Below are positions 50,539 through 61,136 of a stretch of DNA of 64,000 nt, in pieces (positions within the stretch are counted from its first letter, which is position 1; the number at the start of each line of letters is the position of its first letter). The translations under genes were made by a program, and so were the position numbers. The DNA is taken from positions 930,001 to 994,000 of the forward strand of contig NW_027191457.1 in NCBI RefSeq assembly GCF_011745625.1, in the 5' to 3' direction. The notes under the pieces were generated by a model, which ran no database searches, was not told the origin of the DNA, and worked only from the letters and a program-made list of their open reading frames with translations. Source of the stretch: Cladosporium halotolerans. Its lineage: Eukaryota.

Positions 50539-50937
50539 CGTCTTCGCCTTCCTTCTCATTCTTCTTTTCTTGTCATTGTCATCATGTACAGAGTATCTAA
50601 CCCTGTGTCACCTCTTCGCTTATTAGCCATATCGTGAGAGAATGGGAATACTACGTGGGTTTTATTGTATCGATTTTGTGGAATTTCTGCTGTGTTTCGT
50701 GTCTTGTAACTTGTGACGGTGATTTTGTGGCGGATGCAGGGATATGGAAATTTGAGCTTCGGTTTGGATTCCGTGCTGTTTTGTGAGGATGTGTTCTCAT
50801 CGCTCATGAGAGGTGAGGGAACGCGTTGAATGAGAGGTAAGATACAATGCTGGGCCGACGCTTCTGTTGTCATTACCTATTCAATACCCTCCTTTTGCGT
50901 ATATTGTCTATCGTACACGCTCACCCTCTCACACAAC

Positions 50938-52542
50938 CTACCCCCTCTGCGCCCTATACCCCCTCTCCTCCGCCCACCTCTTCTCCACCAACTCCGCCAC
51001 CTCCCTCCCGTAAACCTCCTCCGGCTCCTCGTCCCCCTTCAGCACCCTCCTCTCATGCGCCAGCATCTCATCCTTCGTAACACAAACCAGCTCGTCCAAC
51101 CCCACCCTCACAGCCTTCTGCCCCTCCGTCCGCGTATCCACCCACTCCCCCCTCGGCTTCCGCCACCTCACCAGCGCCAACCTACTCGTCAGCCCGCTGA
51201 TCGCGCTCCTGCCCCGCCACACCTCGTCAACAAGATACCCCACGTCCTCCGCATTGACCGGGATCCGCAAGCCCGTCGCGTCGAAGCCAGGAATCAAACT
51301 GCGCGCCAGCCTCTCTTCCAGCCCCTGCAGCTGCGCCAGGATCCCGTCGTACATCTTCTCCCGCCCCTTGGAGGAGATGTACTCCCCGTGCCCTGGGTAG
51401 GACGCCAGAGACAGCATGACGTGGTTCGCGGCGCAGAGCCCGAAGACGGCGGGCATGGTTCCCAGGACCGGCAGGATGCGCGCGCGGAAGGACGGCAGGA
51501 TGCCGAGTTCGCTGGCGCTGCCGGAAGCGTACTGCTCTTCGGGCAGCGGGAGGAGCTGCGCTTTGCCCGGCGCGGTTTTTTCGCTGCTGTAGATGACGGG
51601 GATGCCGGCTTTGACGCCTTGCAGGCGCAGGCGGCGCCGCGTCGAGCGCGACAGCGGGTCGTCGGTCGAGGCGCTGATGTCGCCGACGAAGACGCGCGTG
51701 GGGTCCGATTTGCAGCCGGCGCCCATGGAGGAGATCACCGGGAGGGAATGCGAGTGGCAGTAGGCTAGGAGGGCGACTTTGCTGTCGATGTTGTCGATTG
51801 CGTCGATGACGAAGGAGGGGGTTTGCGCCGGGGAGGACGAGGAGGAGGGCCAGGGACCCAGGAGGGTGGAGGAGGCTTCGGCGGAGTACAGCTGGTTGAC
51901 GGCGTCGAAGTGCGTCCAGGGCACGATCTGCTCGAGGCGGCGCTGCAGGCAGGCGACTTTGGGCGTGCCGACGTCCGCGAGCGTGGCGACCGCGTGCCGG
52001 TTGAGGGAGGAGAGGGTCACTTGGTCGAAGTCGATGAGGCGGATTTTGCCGCAGCCTGAGCGTGCGAGGGCCGCTGCTGCGTGCGAGCCGACGCCGCCGC
52101 AGCCGACGATGATCACGAAGGCGTTGCGCAGGGCGTGCAGGCCTTCGTCGGTGAGGAAGACGCGGTTGCGCGCGAGTTGTTCGAGGATCAGCGCTTCGTC
52201 GTAGTCGCCTAGGCGCGCGCGGCGGGCGAGCGCGATGCCGCGTTCGTCTTCTTTGCTGAGGGTTGAGGAGTCTTCTGTGCGTGGTGCTGCGCCGCCGAAG
52301 TCGTTGATCTGGGATGGTGTTAGTGATCATTGATCGATTGATGTGTCTGGGGTGCGAAGTTCAAGTACCTTTTCGACATCATGCTTCGAGCTCGCATCTG
52401 GTATCGATCCTTTCAGATCGTGTATACTGTACCATTTCTTCGCATTCTGCAGCCCTATCACGGCGCTGGCGGCGAGGGCGCCAGATACCACGGCCGTCAG
52501 GCCCAAAGAGAGCCTAGGCGAGTCCTGTATCCATGATGACAT
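50938..52542 (-). CDS. TCD2: tRNA threonylcarbamoyladenosine dehydratase (Tcd1/Tcd2, ThiF/E1-like); intron 52309-52368
   Basis: N-terminal TM anchor; LILEQLARNRVFL, IVGCGGVGS, IDFDQVTLSSLNRH, DAIDNIDSK, SSMGAG and ILPVLGTMPAVFG. Confidence 0.88.
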
Positions 52543-52907
52543 TGTGCACAGCACTGCCTGGGAGTTTATCCAAACACATGCGCGGTTTATGCACGTCAAG
52601 CGAATATTTTTAGAACTTTCGATGTGAGGTCGTCTCTCAATTCTGGGGCCGCCCGCCGCCAGCCTTGCGCCGCCAAGGCGTTGCGTCGGAGGGCGGAGAC
52701 AAGACCAAAGTAAACGTAGCTTCACCTTTGAGCTGCAGCCGCCTTTGAAGCAGCCGTCTCGCACACGACCTCCTGCAGGACTCTGTCCACCCACTCCTCC
52801 TCCGGACTATTTGCTTCACTGGGAGTGGCCGCGGGCCTTTGCTTATGATCTGAGCACGATATTTCGCATTTCCCTTCAGCCTTTCCCGACCTCCACACTG
52901 CATCATC

Positions 52908-53929
52908 ATGCTCCTTTCCTTGCAGCGGGGTCTCTCCTTGCTGCTGGCAGCATGGGTGTCCTTCGCGTACGCACAAGAGTCCGACGTTAAGTCGATTCCT
53001 TTGCGCACTCATAGTTTGGCTCAGGTTGGTTTATTAGAATGCTATGGACATGCAATGCCAGGGAACGGATCGCTAACCCATTTGCACAGCCCTACCTCGA
53101 CTCCGACCTTCAATCGCGATGGTTCGATTTCGGCGGCAGCACAGTAATCCGCGCCGACCAATACATTCGCCTGACCGGCTCCCACCCCTCCGAGGCAGGA
53201 TGGCTCTACTCGCGTGTCCCGCTCACCGCGACGAACTGGGAGGTAGAATTCGAGTTCAAGATCCACGGTTCTGGAACACTGTTCGGTGATGGCATGGCGA
53301 TGTGGGTGACGAAATCGCGCGCGGAGGAAGGTCCTGTGTTCGGCATGCGCGACGAGTTCGAGGGCCTCGGCATCTTCTTCGACACCTACAAGAACAACCG
53401 ACCCGGCGTCGTCTTCCCATACGTCATGGCGATGGTCGGCGACGGCAAGACCAAGTACGACCAGGGCAACGACGGCAAGGCCAACGAGCTCGCGGGCTGC
53501 TCCGCACGCGGCATGCGCAACGCCGACTTCCCCACCCGCGCCAAGGTCACCTACTTCCAGGACAAGGAGCTGACCATGGACTTGATGTACAAGAACGAAG
53601 ACGAGTGGACGCGCTGCTTCCAGATCCCGGACATCAAGCTGCCCTCCGTCTCCTACCTCGGCTTCAGCGCCGAGACCGGCGAGCTCAGCGACAAGCACGA
53701 CATCATCAGCATCGACACCAAGAACCTCTACTCGCCCTCCGGCCAGACCAGCACCGGCTCCGCGGCGAAGAAGGACTACAACCGCAACAAGTACCGCGGC
53801 ACCACGCCGCCCAAGGAGAGCGGCGGCTGGTTCTGGTTCTTCATGAAGTTCATCATCTTCGGCCTGTCGGTCACTGGTGCTTATGTTGGTTTCACCATTT
53901 ACCGTAGCCGGAGGAGGGACAGATTCTAG
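52908..53929 (+). CDS. Legume-like (L-type) lectin cargo receptor, VIP36/Emp46-47 family; intron 53025-53089
   Basis: Signal peptide; FGDGMAMW, GLGIFFDTYKN and YLGFSAETGELSDKHDI; C-terminal TM with a short RRRDRF tail. Confidence 0.9.
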
Positions 53930-55419
53930 ATGTCGTGTTTGTCAAAAAGCGGTCATGACGGAAACCCATTTGCTTGAGCGTATTTTCGTATTTGTTCAAT
54001 AAGAATCCACCAAAATCTAAAGTACTCTTCTCCGTGACTTTACACCAGGTGATGGTATTGACTGGATGTGTCAATTGCTTGACCTAGCCAAACACTCGCT
54101 GAGCGAACATGCTGGGGGCACTCGAGTTCCAGCTGTCTCGTGAAATGATACTTGACGATTAGCGATATACTGAAAAGATGCTCCCGTGCAAGATGTCTGT
54201 CTCTGATTCGATCTGACGATAGCTCCGAAAGTTGAAATCATCAAGGTCAAGGCACCCTGGCTGTTTCAAGCGCTGGCGGAGAGCTGATCCAGGTCACAAG
54301 CTTTCGGCCCGTTCCCGTGACGTGCATACCCGAGAACGCGCCAGGCTGGTATCAAGAGCTACTTTCGTACCACCTGCTTCCAACTTCACTCACACACGCG
54401 AATGGCGAGCAGAAGCAGCACGGTAGGTCAACACAAACTCCATGCCCAGGTTGTCACGAGGAGTCGCTCACTGACCATCACCTCAGTCCAAACCGATGAA
54501 GGAAACAAGTCACGAGCTAACAGGACCCGATCTCGCCTGCGCGTAGCCGCTGCATGGGTAGTTCCTCGCCGTCGTTTGCGACGGCAACATGCGGCTACGC
54601 AAAGGCGCAGACAGTGGCTGACCTTGAACAGATGTCCTACGGTACTATGGACGTCGCTTGCTCTTCTCGATCGCCGCGTGTGGCGACGTCAGCTTCGGAC
54701 TCTCTTCAATCTGGCTTTCCGGCCTCTTCACTTCCACGTCTGGCATTTCTGCACAGCAGACCGAGCGGCCTGCCAAACGAAGCGTGTCAGCACTATGGCG
54801 CGCTCAGGACGAGAAAGTAATGCACCTAGTGGGCTGGCTCTTGTTTTTCAAGGGTGAGCTCGCGAAGACGACCCAAAAAAGATAGTTTTCAATCGGAGCA
54901 GCGCGCTTGCTCCGCTTTGCGAGGCTGGTCGGTCGGACTGTGAGGACTGCAGGTGTGAGGCGCTGGGCGTTTGGGAGCCGGCGAGTCTGAAGCGAGGGAG
55001 AGGAAGAAGGTGTCCGTCATCTTATCTTGTCCGGTGATGATCAACTGTATCAAAAGTCAAAGTTGTAGGCAGCCGGCGGGCGGGCTCCTTCGTCACTGGA
55101 GGGGTTGCGCGGTCTGGTTGTCGTTGAGAACGTAAGAGAGCTAATCTGAGGACACATTCTTGACGGACACCTTGGAGGGTATGTAGCATTTCCGTAGGCG
55201 CGTAGCCGATCATACTTGAAAAATCACCACTGTCACTCTGAAACTGCGCAAATATTTGATATGCAATAAAATCTTCATTGCGACTACCTACCTGGCTATC
55301 CACGACCACAAACCTTCTCACTGACCTCACCATAAAGCAAGCCTGTTCTTTTACCGATCACAAAGCTCCTGATCCGCTGCCCAACACTCAACATCATCCT
55401 TCGCCACCTCTCCATGCCC

Positions 55420-56610
55420 TCAAAAAGTAGCCACCCTCCTATCCCTCATGACCCTACACCTCTGCCCACACCTCGCATGCCCACAAATCAGCCGCGAGCA
55501 CACAGCCTGCTCCACGATCGTCTCGCTGTCGCACCGGCAGCACGTCCACCGCTTGCACCAATTCCACGGGACGTCCGGGCGCGAACTGCCGCTGAGCGGC
55601 GACGCCCATACAAGGCCTGGCAGGAGATGGGCGTTGATCGGCGGCGGCAGGACTTTGATCGGGTTGAGAAAGCGGTGTGGTTGGGCGCGCTGCTTGTCGC
55701 GCGAGAGGAGAGGGTGCTCGGTTGGGGCGTCGGAGTCGGAGCTGGAGCTGGAGTCGTTGCTGTCGCTGATGCTGCTGGTAGATCTTGGGCGGGTCAGGCG
55801 GTTGCGGCGAGGCGAGGGTTGAGATCCGGCGGTGGGCGTTGCGCGGGGGATTTTGGGGCGGGTCGGGGTTGGTGGGTCGGGGGTTTTCTTTTTGAGGGTG
55901 GCCCGGGTGCGTGGCGTGATGCTCGGGGAATCTGTTGTTGCTTCCGCTTTCGAAGGAGAGTTGGATTTGGTCTTGCTGGGCACGTCGACGGGCTCAGTGT
56001 TCTCGCTCACGGCCGAGTCGCTGCGCTGCTCTCTTCTTGACTGTGAGCGGGTGGTCCGTGGCTGGTGGAGGGCGTCGCCGGCGTCAGGCTCGAAGATTGC
56101 TGAGCGAGGTGGGTCTGCGCTCCTGCTGCGCTGGTGTGCTGTCTTCGATGGCTGAGTCGAGTGGATCATTTCGAAGTCGACCCCTTCCACGGTGCGAATG
56201 GTGGGTTTGATTGGCGGTGGCGGAGCATCTTCTTTCTTCGCTTCAGCAGGCGGAGCGATATCCTGGCTGCTCTCGAAAACTTCCGTAAAGGCAGCGATCT
56301 TGTTACGCGATCTCAGTGACCTCTCGTCAGGGTTTGACATGGTGGCTGCGTTGGCCGCAGGAGCTCGGCGCTTGTAACGGTCTAAGAGAGACTTCGAAGG
56401 CGAGCGGCGAGTAAGTTGATCGGGCTTCGGCGCTGTGAGGTACACAGGGGGTGGTGGCGTGGGAGTGAGGTCTTCTTTGCTGGTCTTGCCGGACAAGTGA
56501 AGATGTTCAAGAGCCGCGACGAGCGGCGAGGATGCGTCGTGCGCTTCGGTATTCGGGTTCTTGTCACTCAGTGAATGCTTGCCGATGCGCTTTCTGAGCG
56601 ACGGTGCCAT
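55420..56610 (-). CDS. Hypothetical Ser/Pro-rich protein with C-terminal Cys/His cluster
   Basis: 396-codon ORF from ATG 56610, ending WNWCKRWTCCRC-x9-C-x4-CGHARCGQRC. Confidence 0.7.
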   Translation of the reverse strand: MAPSLRKRIGKHSLSDKNPNTEAHDASSPLVAALEHLHLSGKTSKEDLTPTPPPPVYLTAPKPDQLTRRSPSKSLLDRYKRRAPAANAATMSNPDERSLRSRNKIAAFTEVFESSQDIAPPAEAKKEDAPPPPIKPTIRTVEGVDFEMIHSTQPSKTAHQRSRSADPPRSAIFEPDAGDALHQPRTTRSQSRREQRSDSAVSENTEPVDVPSKTKSNSPSKAEATTDSPSITPRTRATLKKKTPDPPTPTRPKIPRATPTAGSQPSPRRNRLTRPRSTSSISDSNDSSSSSDSDAPTEHPLLSRDKQRAQPHRFLNPIKVLPPPINAHLLPGLVWASPLSGSSRPDVPWNWCKRWTCCRCDSETIVEQAVCSRLICGHARCGQRCRVMRDRRVATF

Positions 56611-57042
56611 GTTGACTAAAACGGTTGGTGACCTGTAGGGGATGCCTGACGATGCTCGTGACAGAGAATGCTGAATCAGTGGCTGCGGCTGAGGCAATGT
56701 GAATTTTTCAAAGACTCGGTAAGAGTGAGGTGAGAAAGTAGTGCAGAAGAGCGAGCTTTAAGGTTCCAAGGTTCCCACTCAAGCGCGGGCGGGTAGTGAG
56801 GTGAGGTTCGCGCGATGTGTGCAGTGACTGCGCGCGACTTTCACGTGATAGGAACCGCCAGCAACGAGCTGGAGCTTTCTCGCGATCGAACCATCTCGAG
56901 CACGAGGGTCAGCGCGCGGGGGCATGCTTAAAGATTTGCATTGTGTCATGGAGAAAAGAAGGGTATCTCGTTGGGTGGATTATACTTTGGATATTACACT
57001 TCTTACTCCGCCAACTGGACGAACCGGAGCCCTGGTATTCAT

Positions 57043-57627
57043 CTACGCCGACAGCATCTTGAATCCGCTCCAGCCGACCATGCCATAAAGACCGATCTGG
57101 AACAGCCAGAAGGGAGCACCAACGAGTCTGCCCTTGCCGTCGTCCCTGTCCGCGCGAGTGTATCCAATGGCGTACGCGATCCTCGACAGAATCCAACCAA
57201 CACCCATAATGCTCGACGCGACCGGGTACCTCAGACCAGCCACCAGCAGCGCAGGGATGAAAGACGGAGCGTTCTCGAGGAAGTTTCCGTGGGCTCTCTG
57301 GGCGCAGTTGAACAGGTACATCTTCTTCTTCTGCTCGGGGGTAGCAGCGCTCATGTCGCTGTTCTCGGCGTACTGCTTGGGGTACATGATGCCCGAGGGC
57401 TTGCGGAAGACTCCGACGCGGCCTGCGTGCCAGAAGCCAACCTGGTGTGGATTATTAGACCTTGGTTCGTGCGGGAGATCAGTCGTGGGATAGGTCATAC
57501 GAAGAAGGTGCTGGCGGCAGTGAGGAGGACATAGCTGTGAGGATTGTCAGTTGCCGAATGACTGGAAGTGAGATGCTTCGAATTTGACGTACCCATACTC
57601 CTGGGGAACGGAGATGTTGACAGACAT
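57043..57627 (-). CDS. MGST3: MAPEG family microsomal glutathione S-transferase 3; introns 57535-57592 and 57442-57500
   Basis: Spliced start MSVNISVPQEYGYVLL; FNCAQRAHGNFLEN and RIAYAIGY..GR motifs. Confidence 0.9.
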
Positions 57628-58290
57628 GTTTGCTGATGCTTAGATAACTATACTGGTGTATCGAGGGGTATCAATGGCTGTATATGTAGACATACTAAGA
57701 TACTGCCTGCGGACTTAACCGTCTGTTCTTCATAAGCTAGGGGCCGGCAACGGACCCACGGTTCATCTGCCGACTCCGGGCTTCCGTTATGCACGGCATA
57801 ACTTGCACAAGGCATCTCTGCCTTGTCATATGGTACTTATCAGACAGACCAACACTTAGCAGTTATTCTATGGAGGTCGTGAGGTCAGCTCACGAGGGGA
57901 AGTACGATTGGAAACAAAGTACTGCACTCCCCTGTCGGCGCGCACCGTCCCGATGCATGAAACGCTTACTCCTCCCTGCTCTTCGTCCCAGAACGGTAAG
58001 CAGCTGATGGCGACATTGGGATGGCTAGTACCCTAAACCCTACTTGACTTCTACAGTAGGGCAGACGGCGTTCAAAGGGTTGTCGAAAGTTTGGCTTTTG
58101 CCGTCTGTGGGCAGTTTGACAAAGCAGCGAGGTTTTAGACTGGAGAAAGTGCTGCGTAACGAACCTTGGGCGCGATGTAGGAGCACAGAAGACGCTTGTG
58201 TAACAGCACTATGTATATCATACAACTTCGCTCGAATTCATAATATGGTACAAGTAGGCTTCAAAGCCAGGGCGAAGCCAGTGCCACCTA

Positions 58291-59228
58291 TTACCACTCC
58301 TGCACCTCACCTTCTCCCTTCCCCCGGATGCTGTCATTTGCCCAGTACTTTCCAGTCACATCTCCAATGTCACCAAACGCAAGACGCAACGGAATCGTAG
58401 CACCCTGCTCTGGAGACTTGGGCGGCCGTGAGCCAACAAGCTGGCCCATGTCAGTCGCGACCCATCCCGGACAGCAGCAGTTGATGGTAACCCCGGGGTG
58501 TTGCCTGGCGAGCATCGCTGTGAGAGCGGTCACGAGCGCTTTGGAGACGCTGTAGCTGCGTTTGGGCGTGCCGAAGCCTGACGCCTCTTCATTGCCCTCT
58601 TCTACTGATTTGACAAAGTCGTTCGCGATGTCGTCTAGAGTGTCCTTGGTGGCGTGAGGATCTCGGAACCGCGCTTGGATTTCAGGGCTGTAGAATCTGA
58701 GCTGCGAGGCGATGGAAGAGAGGTTGACGATACGGCCGCGCTTGGATAGTAGAGGGATGAATGTTTGGCACATCTTGAAGGCAAATTAGCTGGAATGCCA
58801 AATCTGGCTTTGCGAATGAAGACTCACGTCCAGCATGCTGGTGTAGTTCACATCCATGGTTTTCCTGGCGTTTGCGGCGCTATACTCGTTGTCGAGATTG
58901 ACGCCGGCATTGTTGATGAGTACGTCCACACTGCCATACTGCTTGACCTCTTCGGCAAAGTCGCTCACACTTGAGTGGTCCGAAATGTCAAGTTTGGGGT
59001 ACAGAACGCTTCGAGTGGCGTGTGTGGATTGAAAGCCCAAATCTTGCCCGGAGCGTGTGGCCGCGAAAAGCTTCACTGGCGACACGTTGGGCTCTGTTGT
59101 GAGGATGCGTTGGCAGATGGCGCGACCAATTCCACGGTTCTGTTTGTTCGTTAGAGAGTGGGTCTCATGGCGTCCAGGATGGAGGGCAATACCGCGCCAG
59201 TAACGATTACGACTTTGGGCGTAGCCAT
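58291..59228 (-). CDS. Carbonyl reductase-like SDR; introns 59140-59192 and 58774-58827
   Basis: Splicing restores TGANRGIG; DVLINNAG, RIVNLSS, YSVSK and CCPGWVATDM. Confidence 0.9.
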
Positions 59229-60299
59229 TCCGAAGCAACGCTCTTTTTAGATCGACTGAAAATCGATTGGACAAGATATGGAGAGAGTTACGTGGGAACT
59301 TGTAGATTGTAAAGCAAAAGAGAAGGATAATAATTACTGCGTTGGCATCTGCGACCGTGTCGGATCAACATTCAATGATGACATGCAAACCCTTGAAATT
59401 GCCAAGACTTGAGTGGATTGCTCGGTTTTGGCTGGTGTGTTTTAATCGCAGCACAACAGCATTCTACGAACCTAGGCCCTTATATGTCCATAACGAGGCA
59501 TCGCAGAAAGGTAGAAATGGAATGTTATCGTAATGTTGGTGCTGGTAAACATGTGGAAAATGCCGGCTCATGATCGCGCTGCGTGGATGCGTTCACTTCA
59601 TCAAGCAGTGGAGATGATATGCGTGCATATAAGAGCGGAAAGGGAACAAGCTTCAGTCTTCAGTCTGCACTGGTCGTCTCACTGGAGCAGACTCAACATT
59701 GTGCAAGCTACATGATATCATATGCCTTTCCTGCGTATTTTCAGAACAGCTCTGCGTTGCATAGAAAGGGTTTCTGTGCGCATCAAGAAACCAAAGCAAT
59801 TGAGCGGATGGACCATCTGGCGAAACCAGAGAACCATTTTCGATCAATTGTCGAACAACCGCTGTCTGACGGCAGTTCTTGCTTCAAATTTGTCGTGGGG
59901 CTCTTTGGAATCAACCGGCTGCAGTTACCACAGCCACTTCTACACACTTGCTTAAACTCGCAAGCTGTACGATTCCGTACAGAGACAAACCAATCCTGGT
60001 CGACCATGCGGCAGGCCGAGCGACACGCAGCTCGTTCGTCCAGGCCGGATATAATTGTGAAAGTGACTCTCAGCAGTTAGACGGGTGCCATGATCGTAGC
60101 ATTGCCACAAAATGCTCCGTAGCCAGGCCAAATCCAGACGAGCCAGACGAGTTTGCCGTGATGAGGTAGTCGGAGCCTTTGGCCTTACATGAGAGTTTCT
60201 GCTCGACATTTGGACGTCACTGTTTGTTCACTGCCCTCCTCCAAGCGCTGTCGAGTATTAATTCCACGATTGCAGCACTGTATGCCGCCTCTTGCTCTC

Positions 60300-60578
60300 T
60301 CAATCTTCCACACTTGGCTTATGGCTATCGTTGAAAGTAGGCCCCTCCTTCCAGAAACCCGCACTTTGTGCGATGGAGCGCACGACTGTTTGGTGGTTGA
60401 GGAGCGTGGCGATGCCGATATCAGCCAGCAAGACGACGGCGAGACCTTGCGCGACCAGATAGCCCATCACTCGTGGATTGGGTGGAGGAGTTTGCTGCAG
60501 GCCAAGAAAGGTACGACGCTGGAGGCGTGGATGGCGGGCATGCGTGATGCCCAGGCCGTTGATCAGTCGTGGAGCCAT
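60300..60578 (-). CDS. Putative 92-aa single-pass mitochondrial membrane microprotein
   Basis: Acid-free Arg-rich N-terminus ending RRTF, then a hydrophobic segment (VMGYLVAQGLAVVLLADIGIATLL). Divergent from DRS2. Confidence 0.55.
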   Translation of the reverse strand: MAPRLINGLGITHARHPRLQRRTFLGLQQTPPPNPRVMGYLVAQGLAVVLLADIGIATLLNHQTVVRSIAQSAGFWKEGPTFNDSHKPSVED

Positions 60579-61136
60579 CGGAGCTGTCGGTAATTGGTGT
60601 CTATAGCGCAAAGCAATGGCAGGAGGGAGGCCGAGAGATTATATGTGGAAGGCAACTCGGCTGCGATGCCGAAGCAACGGCAGTCCCGCAAAGGGCGATG
60701 CACGTGGCACTTCCGCGAGGCAGCTCTGGCAGGCCAAACGCCCGAGAGCCGCCGTGCGCGAAGCTGTCGTGGCTGTGTCCCGTAAGCGTGCTGTCGCATC
60801 GACCTAACCACTGCTGCCCTCCCCAATTACGCGCGTACCGGAGCAAGGCATCGACTGCCTGCGCGAAGCCACTGCACAATTGCTTTCCCACGGCGCAATA
60901 CAACACTCGCTCAGAAGCGACCGCGACAAACCCGCCCCTCTCCGCGAGACCCTGGACGACGTTGGCGCGCCGCTACGCATTGGGTGCCTGGGACCTACGT
61001 ACGACTCCTGCCGAATACACCGAACCGATCACGATACGTACGGAGTTGAGAAGACACGCCGCGCTGCGAGAGTTGATGGTTGCGCAAAGGTGTTCCTGAA
61101 CGGCAGGCCCGCAACTACCAGCAAGGCCTGCCCACG

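Noticed and set aside
54000..55400. ORFs or ncRNA in the 1.4-kb gap between convergent genes
   Set aside because: The ORFs are short and random-like, and I recognised no tRNA, snRNA or snoRNA signatures.
59300..60290. 165-aa ORF 59583-60080 and neighbouring ORFs
   Set aside because: GTG start, no codon bias and no recognisable domain.
60616..60807. ORF starting MAGGRP as an alternative first exon of DRS2
   Set aside because: DRS2 already has a plausible complete N-terminus from ATG 61137, and I found no convincing in-frame splice.
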